Part shown: piece by piece, positions 9,155 to 17,417 of the stretch | Layout of the letters: each line of letters starts with the position of its first letter | Numbering within the stretch: position 1 is the first letter of the stretch | NCBI GenBank assembly: GCA_964450165.1 | Contig: CAYVCJ010000003.1 | Coordinates: 1 to 36,706 of the forward strand | Reading direction: 5' to 3' | DNA from: an uncultured Dehalococcoidales bacterium | Lineage (GTDB): Bacteria; Chloroflexota; Dehalococcoidia; GIF9; AB-539-J10 | Length of the DNA: 36,706 nucleotides | Made by a program: the position numbers and the translations under genes | Notes under the pieces: model-generated | Seen by the model: only the letters and a program-made list of their open reading frames with translations | Told to the model about the DNA's origin: nothing | The model's database searches: none

Positions 9155-10828
9155 TTGAAAGAGCGTATTCTCATCGCTGTAGCCTGGCCTTATGCTAATG
9201 GGCCTTTGCATCTTGGGCACATTGCCGGAGCATATCTGCCTGCTGATATCTTTGCTCGTTATCATCGCCTTAAGGGCAACGAAGTGCTTATGGTCTCGGG
9301 TAGTGACCAGCATGGAGCGCCAATTTTAATTCGCGCTGACCAAGAATCCAGGTCTCCACAGGAGTTGGTGTCCAGGTATCACCAACAATTCCTTGATTGC
9401 TGGCAAAAGTTAGGCATTTCTTTTGATTTATTTACCACCACGGGCACTCAAAACCATGCTCAGGTTGTGCATGATATTTTTCTAACCTTGCTCGATAAGG
9501 GTTATCTTTATAAGGATAGGGCACTGCAAGCTTATTGTCCTAAGTGTCAACGTTTTCTTCCTGACCGTTATCTTAAAGGTGTATGTCCTTATTGTGGTTT
9601 TTCTGAGGCAAGGGGGGATGAATGTGACCAGTGTGGTAGACCGTTAAGCCCTTCGGAACTTAAGGACTTACACTGTTCTCTTTGTGGTACTCCAGCACGG
9701 CTCGAGTTTTCCGAGCATTTCTTCTTACGACTCAGCGCTTTTCAGGATAAGCTAAAGGAATGGGTAGTAGCTCAATCTCACTGGCGGAGAAATGTGGCTG
9801 GCACTACATGGAAATTTTTGAATGAAGGGTTAAAGGATAGGGCGATAACTCGCGACCTAAATTGGGGTGTAACTGTACCACAGGCAGGATTTGAGCAGAA
9901 GCGAATTTATGTCTGGTTTGAGGCAGTTATTGGCTATTTGTCCGCAACTAAAGAGTGGGCGAAGTTGCATCATGATGAGCAAGCTTGGAAGCTTTTCTGG
10001 CAGGGAGATGCAAAAAGCTTCTACTTTGTAGGTAAGGATAACATTTTTTTTCACACCATTGTCTGGCCAGTGATGCTGATGGGCTATGGTGGACTAAACT
10101 TACCTTACGATGTTCCTGCTAATGAATTTTTGACTATAGAAGGAAAGCGGCTTTCTACCAGCCGTAATTGGGCGGTTTGGCTTCCTGATTATCTGGAACG
10201 GTATGACCCTGATCCATTGCGCTATATTCTATCAGTGAATATGCCTGAGACTGGGGATAGTGATTTTTCCTGGCGTGAGTTCGTTCGTCGAGCTAACAAT
10301 GAATTAGTGGCCACCTATGGTAATTTGGTTCATCGTGTTCTCAGCTTCGCTTATCGCAATTTTGATGGAGCGGTGCCTTCCCCAGGTGACGTTGATTCAC
10401 AGAGCCAAACATTGCTTCATGAAGCGGAGACGATGCTTAACGAGGTGGATAGGTTGCTCTACCACTGTAGATTCAAGGAGGCAATTAAAGAGGCTATGTC
10501 TTTGGCTCAAAAGACAAATCGTTATCTTGACAACCAGGCCCCATGGAAAACGATTGAGAAGGATCGTCAAGCTTCAGCTAGATCTATTTATACTGCAATA
10601 TCGAGCCTATCAGCGTTGAAAACTGCTCTTTATCCCTTTCTCCCCTTCAGTTCCGAAAAGCTTCATTCTCTTCTTGGTTTTGAAGGAAGCCCCAGTGAGG
10701 TCGGCTGGAAATTTCAATTGCCGGCAGAGGGGCAAAAGCTACGCCAACCGCAGCCATTATTTAGCAAGCTGGATGAAGATATCGCTGAGCAAGAGAGTAG
10801 TCGGCTTGGCTCAGCGTGTGACTGGTGA
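9155..10828 (+). CDS. metG: methionine--tRNA ligase (short form, no C-terminal tRNA-binding domain)
   Basis: 557 aa with a TTG start. HIGH motif (PLHLGH), CPxC/CxxC zinc knuckles and a KMSKS-region equivalent (GKRLSTSRN). A GGGGA SD lies upstream. Confidence 0.95.
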   Translation: MKERILIAVAWPYANGPLHLGHIAGAYLPADIFARYHRLKGNEVLMVSGSDQHGAPILIRADQESRSPQELVSRYHQQFLDCWQKLGISFDLFTTTGTQNHAQVVHDIFLTLLDKGYLYKDRALQAYCPKCQRFLPDRYLKGVCPYCGFSEARGDECDQCGRPLSPSELKDLHCSLCGTPARLEFSEHFFLRLSAFQDKLKEWVVAQSHWRRNVAGTTWKFLNEGLKDRAITRDLNWGVTVPQAGFEQKRIYVWFEAVIGYLSATKEWAKLHHDEQAWKLFWQGDAKSFYFVGKDNIFFHTIVWPVMLMGYGGLNLPYDVPANEFLTIEGKRLSTSRNWAVWLPDYLERYDPDPLRYILSVNMPETGDSDFSWREFVRRANNELVATYGNLVHRVLSFAYRNFDGAVPSPGDVDSQSQTLLHEAETMLNEVDRLLYHCRFKEAIKEAMSLAQKTNRYLDNQAPWKTIEKDRQASARSIYTAISSLSALKTALYPFLPFSSEKLHSLLGFEGSPSEVGWKFQLPAEGQKLRQPQPLFSKLDEDIAEQESSRLGSACDW

Positions 10829-10833
10829 GATAA

Positions 10834-11796
10834 ATGGAGCTTGATACTATCTATCAGCCTATCCAGGAGGACTTACAGAAGGTGGAGGAGAGTCTAGTCT
10901 CAGTTGTCGATGTTAATATACCGGTTCTAAAGAAGCTACTGGACTACATAATCAAAACTAGTGGTAAGAAGATTCGTCCTGCTCTTACTCTATTTAGCGG
11001 GAAGTTTTATAACTACGATTTGGGACTTTTGCTTCCTGTAGCCACGGCAATGGAGTTGCTGCACACCGCTACGTTGGTTCACGACGATGTTGTGGATAAC
11101 TCGCTACAGCGGCGTGGTAAAGCAACAGTAAACAAATTGTGGGGTGATACAAGTGCAGTATTGGTAGGGGATTATCTGTTAGGTAAATGTGCTGAATTAA
11201 CGGCAGAGACGGAAAATATCGAGGTTATGAAGCTTTTGAGCAACACTGTTATGGTCATTTCTTCAGGCGAGTTAAGACAAAAAGAGCTTTCGTTTAACGG
11301 GGAACAGAATAAGGATGATTATTATCGTTGGATTGCAGCTAAGACCGCCTCTCTTTTTTCAGCAGCAGCCGAGTCGGGAGCAATTTTGGCTAATTCTCCT
11401 GAAGAAGCAATTCATGCTTTGAGAGATTATGGCTATAATTTGGGCATGGCTTTTCAGGTTGTAGACGATGTTTTGGACTTTACTGGTAATGAAGTAGAGC
11501 TAGGTAAGCTTCCAGGCTCCGACTTAAGTCAAGGGGTATTGACTTTACCAACCATAATCTTTCTGGAACGCTATCCCAACGATGATACGGTAAAGAAAAT
11601 TTTGGAAAGTGAAATTGCCGAACATATGGAATTGGTTAGGGATAAGATTTGCCAATCATCGGTTATTCAAGACTGTATTGATATCGCTCGGCATTTTTCG
11701 CTCCAAGCCTGCCAGGCATTGGAAATTTTGCCTGACAAGTTTCCTCGCTCCCATCTGGTTGATTTAGCTCACTACGTTGTGCGAAGGAAAGGATGA
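10834..11796 (+). CDS. trans-polyprenyl diphosphate synthase (chain length not assignable)
   Basis: 320 aa. Two aspartate-rich motifs: LVHDDVVDN (FARM) and QVVDDVLDF (SARM). Confidence 0.9.
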   Translation: MELDTIYQPIQEDLQKVEESLVSVVDVNIPVLKKLLDYIIKTSGKKIRPALTLFSGKFYNYDLGLLLPVATAMELLHTATLVHDDVVDNSLQRRGKATVNKLWGDTSAVLVGDYLLGKCAELTAETENIEVMKLLSNTVMVISSGELRQKELSFNGEQNKDDYYRWIAAKTASLFSAAAESGAILANSPEEAIHALRDYGYNLGMAFQVVDDVLDFTGNEVELGKLPGSDLSQGVLTLPTIIFLERYPNDDTVKKILESEIAEHMELVRDKICQSSVIQDCIDIARHFSLQACQALEILPDKFPRSHLVDLAHYVVRRKG

Positions 11797-11800
11797 AAAA

Positions 11801-13621
11801 CTAGCTGGTAGCTGGTTTTGGCAATAGCCCTTCAAATAGCTTATCCAGGTCAGGTTCTTCCAAGGTTTCTCGCTCGATAAGGACAATCGCCATTTCCTTT
11901 AGTTTTGCTTTATGAGTGGTCAGGATTTTCTTGGCAGTGGAGTAAGCACGTTGAATAAGATTGTGCACCTCTTCATCTATCTCGTCAGCTATCTTATCGC
12001 CATAGTCTCTTTGCTCGCTAATCTCGCGGCCCAGGAAAACAAGCTCATGCTTTTCTCCTAAAGTGCGTGGTCCTAGCTTATCGCTCATCCCGTATTCAGT
12101 AACCATTTTGCGAGCTAATTTAGTTGCTTGTTCCAGGTCATTTTGTGCTCCTGTGCTTATCTCACCAAGGGCAATTTCTTCAGCAGTTCGTCCACCTAAG
12201 CTAACTGTTAACCTGTCTTCGAGTTGAGGTTTAGTCCAGAGATGGTGCTCTTCGATGGGCAGGAAGTGCGTCCAGCCTCCCATCATTCCTCGAGCGATGA
12301 TAGAGACTTTGTGCACTGGGTCAGCATTGGGCAACATCTTGGCTACCAAAGCGTGTCCGCTTTCATGGTAAGCGATGGTTTCTCTTTCCTTTTTGGTAAT
12401 TACGCGGGTTTTTCTTTCCGGACCAGCGATAACCCTGTCGGCGGCATCCTCAAGCTCCTTCATGGTGATATCTTTGCGGTTGTGTCTGCCTGCCAGGAGA
12501 GCTGCTTCGTTAAGTAGATTAGCTAAATCAGCCCCGCTGAAGCCAGGAGTTTGTCTTGCGATCACTTCTAGATCAACTTTTGGTGCTAGTGCCTTGCCTT
12601 TGGCATGCACTTCCAGGATAGCTTTACGCCCTTTGATATCTGGCGTATCAATAAGGATATGGCGGTCGAAACGACCGGGGCGCAACAAAGCTGGATCAAG
12701 TATATCAGGACGATTAGTAGCAGCTACGACTATAACGTTAGTATTAGTATCAAAGCCATCCATTTCGGCGAGGATTTGATTCAAAGTTTGCTCTCTTTCA
12801 TCATGTCCACCACCTAATCCAGCGCCGCGATGGCGGCCAACGGCATCGATCTCATCCATGAAAATGAGGCTTGGTGTAGTACGTTTTGCTTGTTCAAATA
12901 AGTCTCTAACTCTAGAGGCGCCGACGCCGACAAACATTTCCACAAATTCACTGCCGCTAATGGAGTAAAAAGGCGCCTTGGCTTCTCCAGCTATGGCTTT
13001 GGCTAATAAAGTCTTACCGGTTCCTGGCGGACCTACCAGGAGAACGCCCCTGGGGATCCGAGCACCTAAGGCGCGGAATTTCTCAGGCGTCTTGAGAAAC
13101 TCCACTACTTCCTGAACCTCCTCTTTTGCCTCCTCAATCCCGGCGACATCGGCAAAAGTCACCCTAGGGTTAGCGGGGGAATTTAATCGAGCACGACTTT
13201 TGCTAAAGTTGAATGCTTGCATGCTTGCTCCACGAGCTGAGCGGAAAAAGAAATAAAATAATACACCAAGTAATGTAATAGGCAATATTACTTGTAACGC
13301 TATCATCCCCCAGTTGGTGCTGCTGGGTTTGACGTCGATAGGAACCTCTACTCCCGCTTCCTTGAGGTAATTAGAGAGCTCAAGCGTGCTACCTTGAAAT
13401 GCCGTGGTATACAATGTCTCGTCATCTTTAATACCAATGAGGGTGTTCCCATCTTGCTTGATGAGATCAATTTGCCCCTCCTTGGCATAGCTTATGAACT
13501 CAGGTAACTCTACTTTTGTGGGACCTTGCTGTATCCTCGGTACGAGGACAAACATGAGGGTAATTGCTACCACTAAAAGCAGTATGTAAAAGAATCCGCC
13601 TCGCCACCATTTAGTTTTCAT
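11801..13621 (-). CDS. ftsH: ATP-dependent zinc metalloprotease FtsH
   Basis: 606 aa. Two N-terminal TM segments, Walker A GPPGTGKT, an SRH region and the HESGH zinc site. Confidence 0.96.
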   Translation of the reverse strand: MKTKWWRGGFFYILLLVVAITLMFVLVPRIQQGPTKVELPEFISYAKEGQIDLIKQDGNTLIGIKDDETLYTTAFQGSTLELSNYLKEAGVEVPIDVKPSSTNWGMIALQVILPITLLGVLFYFFFRSARGASMQAFNFSKSRARLNSPANPRVTFADVAGIEEAKEEVQEVVEFLKTPEKFRALGARIPRGVLLVGPPGTGKTLLAKAIAGEAKAPFYSISGSEFVEMFVGVGASRVRDLFEQAKRTTPSLIFMDEIDAVGRHRGAGLGGGHDEREQTLNQILAEMDGFDTNTNVIVVAATNRPDILDPALLRPGRFDRHILIDTPDIKGRKAILEVHAKGKALAPKVDLEVIARQTPGFSGADLANLLNEAALLAGRHNRKDITMKELEDAADRVIAGPERKTRVITKKERETIAYHESGHALVAKMLPNADPVHKVSIIARGMMGGWTHFLPIEEHHLWTKPQLEDRLTVSLGGRTAEEIALGEISTGAQNDLEQATKLARKMVTEYGMSDKLGPRTLGEKHELVFLGREISEQRDYGDKIADEIDEEVHNLIQRAYSTAKKILTTHKAKLKEMAIVLIERETLEEPDLDKLFEGLLPKPATS

Positions 13622-13633
13622 AACCTTATGTTT

Positions 13634-13661
13634 ATTATAGCAACTATGGTATAAATGTAAA
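13634..13661 (-). promoter_or_regulatory. candidate promoter for ftsH
   Basis: Minus strand: TTTACA (13661..13656), 16-nt spacer, TATAAT (13639..13634). It lies only about 12 nt before the ATG, implying a very short leader. Confidence 0.35.
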
Positions 13662-13698
13662 ATTAAGCCGTTAATATCATTGTGAACACGGAGTCGAG

Positions 13699-14526
13699 CT
13701 AACCAAGAGAATTATAGGTTCTCTGGAGCAATAGAGCATCTCCTTCCAGGTTAGGACTTTCACTGATAACCAATCCCTTGACGTTGAAATCTTTCAAAGC
13801 TTTAGCTAAGCCAACATAATCAAAATCCGATTCCTTCAAATTCAGATGTTTGATTTCACCCTTTGCGCCGTAGGCTATTCCTGAAACATGTATATGCATA
13901 TTATCCAGAGCCGCTCTTCCCAATTGACGCTCTATTTGTTTGAGGATGCTGGCAAATTCAGCATATGAGTTGAACTTTCCGGCACGAGCATGCCAATGAG
14001 CGAAGTCAATGCAAGGGGCAACTCCTTTAATCTCGCTACTCAAACTTAACACCTCCTCCAAAGTGCCGAACTGGCTGATTTTTCCAGTAACCTCAGGCCT
14101 AACCCAAACCTGATTTTGGTCGAATTTTAGCTTGTGCATTATATCTTGCAGGTTCTTTTTCACCACGGAATAGGCTTTATCTGGCGGGTCACCCATGTAA
14201 TAAGCGGCATGGAAGACTACGGTTCTTGCTCCACATAGAGAGGCAATTCGAACTGTGTCTAGTAATCTTTCTTGGCTAGCGGTTATTTTTTCAGCTTCCC
14301 TGGCATTCAAGTTTATATAATAAGGTCCATGCGAGCTAAGGGCAATTCCCTTCTCTTTGGCCAACTTTCCTATGCTCCGAGCAGTAGACTCCCCCATTTT
14401 TACCCCTCTTACAAACTCCAGTTCCATGCAACCAAGTCCCAGCTCGGCGATGCGGCGAATGCCACCTTCTGTGGAGCGATCTTTGGCGCTGTTAGGAACC
14501 CCCGCAGAACCAAAAAGCAATTCCAT
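13699..14526 (-). CDS. endonuclease IV-like / AP endonuclease family 2 TIM-barrel protein
   Basis: The track ORF extends to 14595, but that extension contains a near-consensus promoter. The ATG at 14526 gives MELLFGSAGVP... His/Asp/Glu-rich metal-ligand-like motifs are present (SSHGPYYINL, VVFHAAYY, RPEVTG, CIDFAHWHA, HIHVSG). Confidence 0.75.
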   Translation of the reverse strand: MELLFGSAGVPNSAKDRSTEGGIRRIAELGLGCMELEFVRGVKMGESTARSIGKLAKEKGIALSSHGPYYINLNAREAEKITASQERLLDTVRIASLCGARTVVFHAAYYMGDPPDKAYSVVKKNLQDIMHKLKFDQNQVWVRPEVTGKISQFGTLEEVLSLSSEIKGVAPCIDFAHWHARAGKFNSYAEFASILKQIERQLGRAALDNMHIHVSGIAYGAKGEIKHLNLKESDFDYVGLAKALKDFNVKGLVISESPNLEGDALLLQRTYNSLG

Positions 14527-14539
14527 AACAATTGAGTGT

Positions 14540-14568
14540 AGTATAAACAGAGAGGAAAACCTCGTCAA
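14540..14568 (-). promoter_or_regulatory. candidate promoter for the TIM-barrel gene
   Basis: Minus strand: TTGACG (14568..14563), 17-nt spacer, TATACT (14545..14540). It lies 13 nt upstream of the ATG at 14526. Confidence 0.45.
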
Positions 14569-14599
14569 AGATATCTTTGTTGCCTTGTGGCACAAACTA

Positions 14600-14629
14600 T
14601 TGACTTTAGCTTCAATAGAGATATAGAAT
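14600..14629 (+). promoter_or_regulatory. candidate promoter for the radical SAM gene
   Basis: TTGACT (14600..14605), 18-nt spacer, TAGAAT (14624..14629). It lies about 55 nt upstream of the ATG at 14684, back-to-back with the divergent promoter. Confidence 0.4.
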
Positions 14630-14683
14630 TAGCCGATTTCTGTAGGGTCATTGTAGAATCAAGGGCGACTCTTCGAGATAGTA

Positions 14684-16252
14684 ATGCGGGTTTTATTGAT
14701 AAATCCTCCTTACCCAGAAGCTGAAGGGCTTCATGTTGCCTTAAGCATACCTTCCATAGCGGCAGTGTTGGAGGAGGCAAGGGTAGAGGTACAGGTTTTG
14801 GATTTCCTGGTTAGCAAGTACTCTTTCCAAAACCTTGAGAGGAAGCTAAGGGAATTTAAGCCTGATATTGTTGGGGCGACGTCGGTTACCCTTAATTATC
14901 CTGCGGCTCGTCGGATTCTTAAAGCTTGTAAAGAAATAGATCATAGGCTGATCACGATCATAGGGGGGCCTCATGTAACTTTTAGTGTGGAGGAGACCCT
15001 GCGTGAATCACCGTTCATAGATATCGTGGTGGTAAGGGAGGGAGATGAGACGGTGGTGGAGCTAGTGGAAACCATTGCGAGGGACACCGATCTGAGCCTG
15101 GTTAAGGGGATAGCTTTTAGAAAAGATTCAGAAATAGTGGTCACTCCTGAGCGTCCATTCATCCAAAATCTCGATAAGCTTCCATTTCCAGCAAGACATT
15201 TGCTTCCCGTATCTAGATATCTAGCATTGCAGGCGGCGTGTGGTTTATCGACAAGTAGAGGCTGTCCCTTTGATTGCTCTTTTTGTGTGGGACACCGAAT
15301 GGTTGGGAAAAAGGTAAGATACCGTGACCCGAGGGTAGTAATAGATGAAATGGAGCATATCATGAAACTGGGGTTCAAGTTACTGGCCTTCGAAGATGAC
15401 TTTTTCACTGTTAACCATAAACATTGTACGGGCATCTGTGATGAAATTACCGCTCGGCGGTTAGATGTCATGTGGGCAGCTTATGCTCGGGTGGACTCGG
15501 TAGATAAACCTTTGCTGGAGAAGATGAAACAGGCTGGGTGCTTTGCTCTGTGTTTTGGGGTAGAGAGTGGCAATCAGAAGATTTTGGATTTAGCTCATAA
15601 AAAGATCACGCTAGCGGAGATAAGGGAAGCTATTAAGCTATGCCAGGATTCAGGGTATGATTTCATTGCTTCTTTTATTGCTGGGCTTCCCGGTGAAACT
15701 GAGGATACTTTGAGGCAGAGTGTGGAATTTGCCGAAAGCCTTGGTGAAGGTGGGTGGGGGTTTCATATTTTGTCTCCCTTCTTTGGAACGGAGGTCAGGG
15801 AGAAGGCTGCAGAGCTTGGCCTCAACATATTAACCAATGATTGGGAACGCTATGATTGCAATCAAGCTATATGCGACACTGAAGGGATAAAGGCGGAGAC
15901 GTTAAACAAAGTAGTTGATGGAATTACTCAGATGTATTATGACCAGCGTGTCAGGGATGCTTTGTCAGAGAAGCTCTCTGACAAAGAACTGAAAAAATGG
16001 CAGGGCGAGGAATCGCAAAACTTGGTATGGCAATTATTGCACCAGGAAGTGATTGAAGAACAGGGAAAGATAAGGATAGATGGTAATCCTTCAGAAGTGG
16101 GGAAATACAGTGCCGAATTGCAAACGCGAGTGTGGAATACCCTTTCTTTTCCTCTTGAGTTTGTCAAGACAGAGATTGGGAGGTTGATAGACAACAACTA
16201 CTTGACTTACCAATTAGACGACAAGCACATTATATGGAAGTGGAATGAGTGA
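14684..16252 (+). CDS. B12-binding-domain radical SAM protein (class B), unknown substrate
   Basis: 522 aa. N-terminal cobalamin-binding-like Rossmann domain (VLLINPP..., IIGGPHVT). The CxxxCxxC cluster CPFDCSFC starts at 15263. About 110 aa of C-terminal extension follows. Confidence 0.88.
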   Translation: MRVLLINPPYPEAEGLHVALSIPSIAAVLEEARVEVQVLDFLVSKYSFQNLERKLREFKPDIVGATSVTLNYPAARRILKACKEIDHRLITIIGGPHVTFSVEETLRESPFIDIVVVREGDETVVELVETIARDTDLSLVKGIAFRKDSEIVVTPERPFIQNLDKLPFPARHLLPVSRYLALQAACGLSTSRGCPFDCSFCVGHRMVGKKVRYRDPRVVIDEMEHIMKLGFKLLAFEDDFFTVNHKHCTGICDEITARRLDVMWAAYARVDSVDKPLLEKMKQAGCFALCFGVESGNQKILDLAHKKITLAEIREAIKLCQDSGYDFIASFIAGLPGETEDTLRQSVEFAESLGEGGWGFHILSPFFGTEVREKAAELGLNILTNDWERYDCNQAICDTEGIKAETLNKVVDGITQMYYDQRVRDALSEKLSDKELKKWQGEESQNLVWQLLHQEVIEEQGKIRIDGNPSEVGKYSAELQTRVWNTLSFPLEFVKTEIGRLIDNNYLTYQLDDKHIIWKWNE

Positions 16253-16552
16253 GGTTGCTTGTTTGTCAAGGGCAGCAGCGATGCCAATGTGATCAAAGTG
16301 ATCGCGGGTCGCTAGAAATTGGATCAGGCTTGGCCATATTCTACAATTTATGGTGGTGTGTTGGATTTTGCTCAATCTAGAAGTAGATGACTTTCTCTGT
16401 TAGAGAAGTGATTTCAAAAGGTGGGTGTCCGGGGTATCTTACGGCTGTTATCGCGTGCCTTGGGAAAGAAGAATTTTGGATTGTAACTTCTTCTCTAATA
16501 AAATAGCAATTATCGAGTTGATCTTACGGATATTTTTGCTGATTAAGTAGAT

Positions 16553-16984
16553 ATGGAAAGAAGCCTGGTTCTCATTAAACCTGATGCTATACAAAGAGGA
16601 TTAGCTGGAGAAATTATATCTTGGCTTGAAAATAAGGGACTCAAAATTGTGGCGGTGAAAATGCTTTGTATGGATAAAGCATTAGCTCAACGGCATTATG
16701 CTGTTCATAAAGATAAACCATTCTTTAATGAGTTGGTCGATTTTATTACCTCTGGGCCTGTCATCGCTATGGTTTTACAAGATGATGACGCAGTGAAAGT
16801 GATAAGGCAAACGATGGGTGAAACTGACCCGGCAAAAGCTATGCCGGGCACTATCAGAGGTGACTTTGGTGGAGACATCAGCCATAATTTGATACATGGC
16901 TCCGATTCGGTGGAAAACGCTGGAAGCGAGATTGCTCTTTTCTTTTCGGCTGAAGAAATTGTTGACCCTTCTATTGAATTCTGA
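16553..16984 (+). CDS. ndk: nucleoside-diphosphate kinase
   Basis: 143 aa. ERSLVLIKPDA start and NLIHGSDS, which carries the catalytic His. Confidence 0.95.
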   Translation: MERSLVLIKPDAIQRGLAGEIISWLENKGLKIVAVKMLCMDKALAQRHYAVHKDKPFFNELVDFITSGPVIAMVLQDDDAVKVIRQTMGETDPAKAMPGTIRGDFGGDISHNLIHGSDSVENAGSEIALFFSAEEIVDPSIEF

Positions 16985-17246
16985 TTATGGGGGTTGCCTT
17001 ATCCCAGAGTCCTTCTAGTTGATAATAATCTCGCTGTATCGTTGTGAATATGTGAACAATTACCGAGCCGAAGTCAGTAAGCATCCAACCTGAATCAGGG
17101 GTGCCTTCTTTGTGGTGAGGGATAACCCCTTTGTTTTTCATTGTTTCGTTAATGCCTTGCGTGATAGCTTGAATATGCCGATCTGAATCTCCGCTACAAA
17201 TGACAAAATAATCCGTAAATGAACACACCTTCCTCGCATCCAGCAT
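16971..17246 (-). CDS. rsfS: ribosome silencing factor RsfS (canonical-start minimal ORF; true start probably upstream near 17315)
   Basis: DYFVICSGDSDRHIQAI ... DFGSVIVHIF ... YYQLEGLW are Iojap/RsfS signatures. The ATG-bounded ORF lacks the usual roughly 20-aa N-terminal helix, which is encoded in-frame upstream. Confidence 0.88.
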   Translation of the reverse strand: MLDARKVCSFTDYFVICSGDSDRHIQAITQGINETMKNKGVIPHHKEGTPDSGWMLTDFGSVIVHIFTTIQRDYYQLEGLWDKATPIIRIQ

Positions 17247-17368
17247 GACGATGTTTGTTGCTTGCTTCTGCGATGCAGCTTCAGTAGCTAATTGTGCTAT
17301 TCCTTTAGCTTTCAGGAAGATGCCACCTCCCCATTCTGTCTATAATTATAGCCTTTTCTTCAGAAATG

Positions 17369-17400
17369 GGAAAGGGGGTAGCGCCCGCTACCCCCTTTCC
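17369..17400 (-). terminator. strong GC-rich hairpin downstream of ftsZ (likely intrinsic terminator of the mraZ-ftsZ operon)
   Basis: Perfect 15-bp inverted repeat GGAAAGGGGGTAGCG/CGCTACCCCCTTTCC with a 2-nt centre. It begins 18 nt after the ftsZ stop. On the minus strand it is followed by CATTTCTGAAG, so the T-tract is only modest. Confidence 0.6.
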
Positions 17401-17417
17401 TAAATGAGGCGGGAGGT

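Noticed and set aside
14971-15471. 166-aa ORF antisense to the radical SAM gene. The same applies to similar long antisense ORFs in ftsZ (17590..18042), ade (6985..7452), Pat (3757..4164), ACAD (1042..1479) and ftsH (12375..12779).
   Set aside because: All lie opposite strongly motif-bearing genes. They are Ser/Pro/Leu-rich, lack SDs and are the expected by-product of codon bias on the sense strand.
16378-16386. Idea that the two TAG codons joining the mini-ORFs (TAG-AAG-TAG) are read through or recoded, giving one 86-codon gene.
   Set aside because: There is no evidence for stop-codon reassignment. Many confidently called genes in this window terminate at TAG (Pat-like, DedA, Clp). The combined product has no recognisable features.
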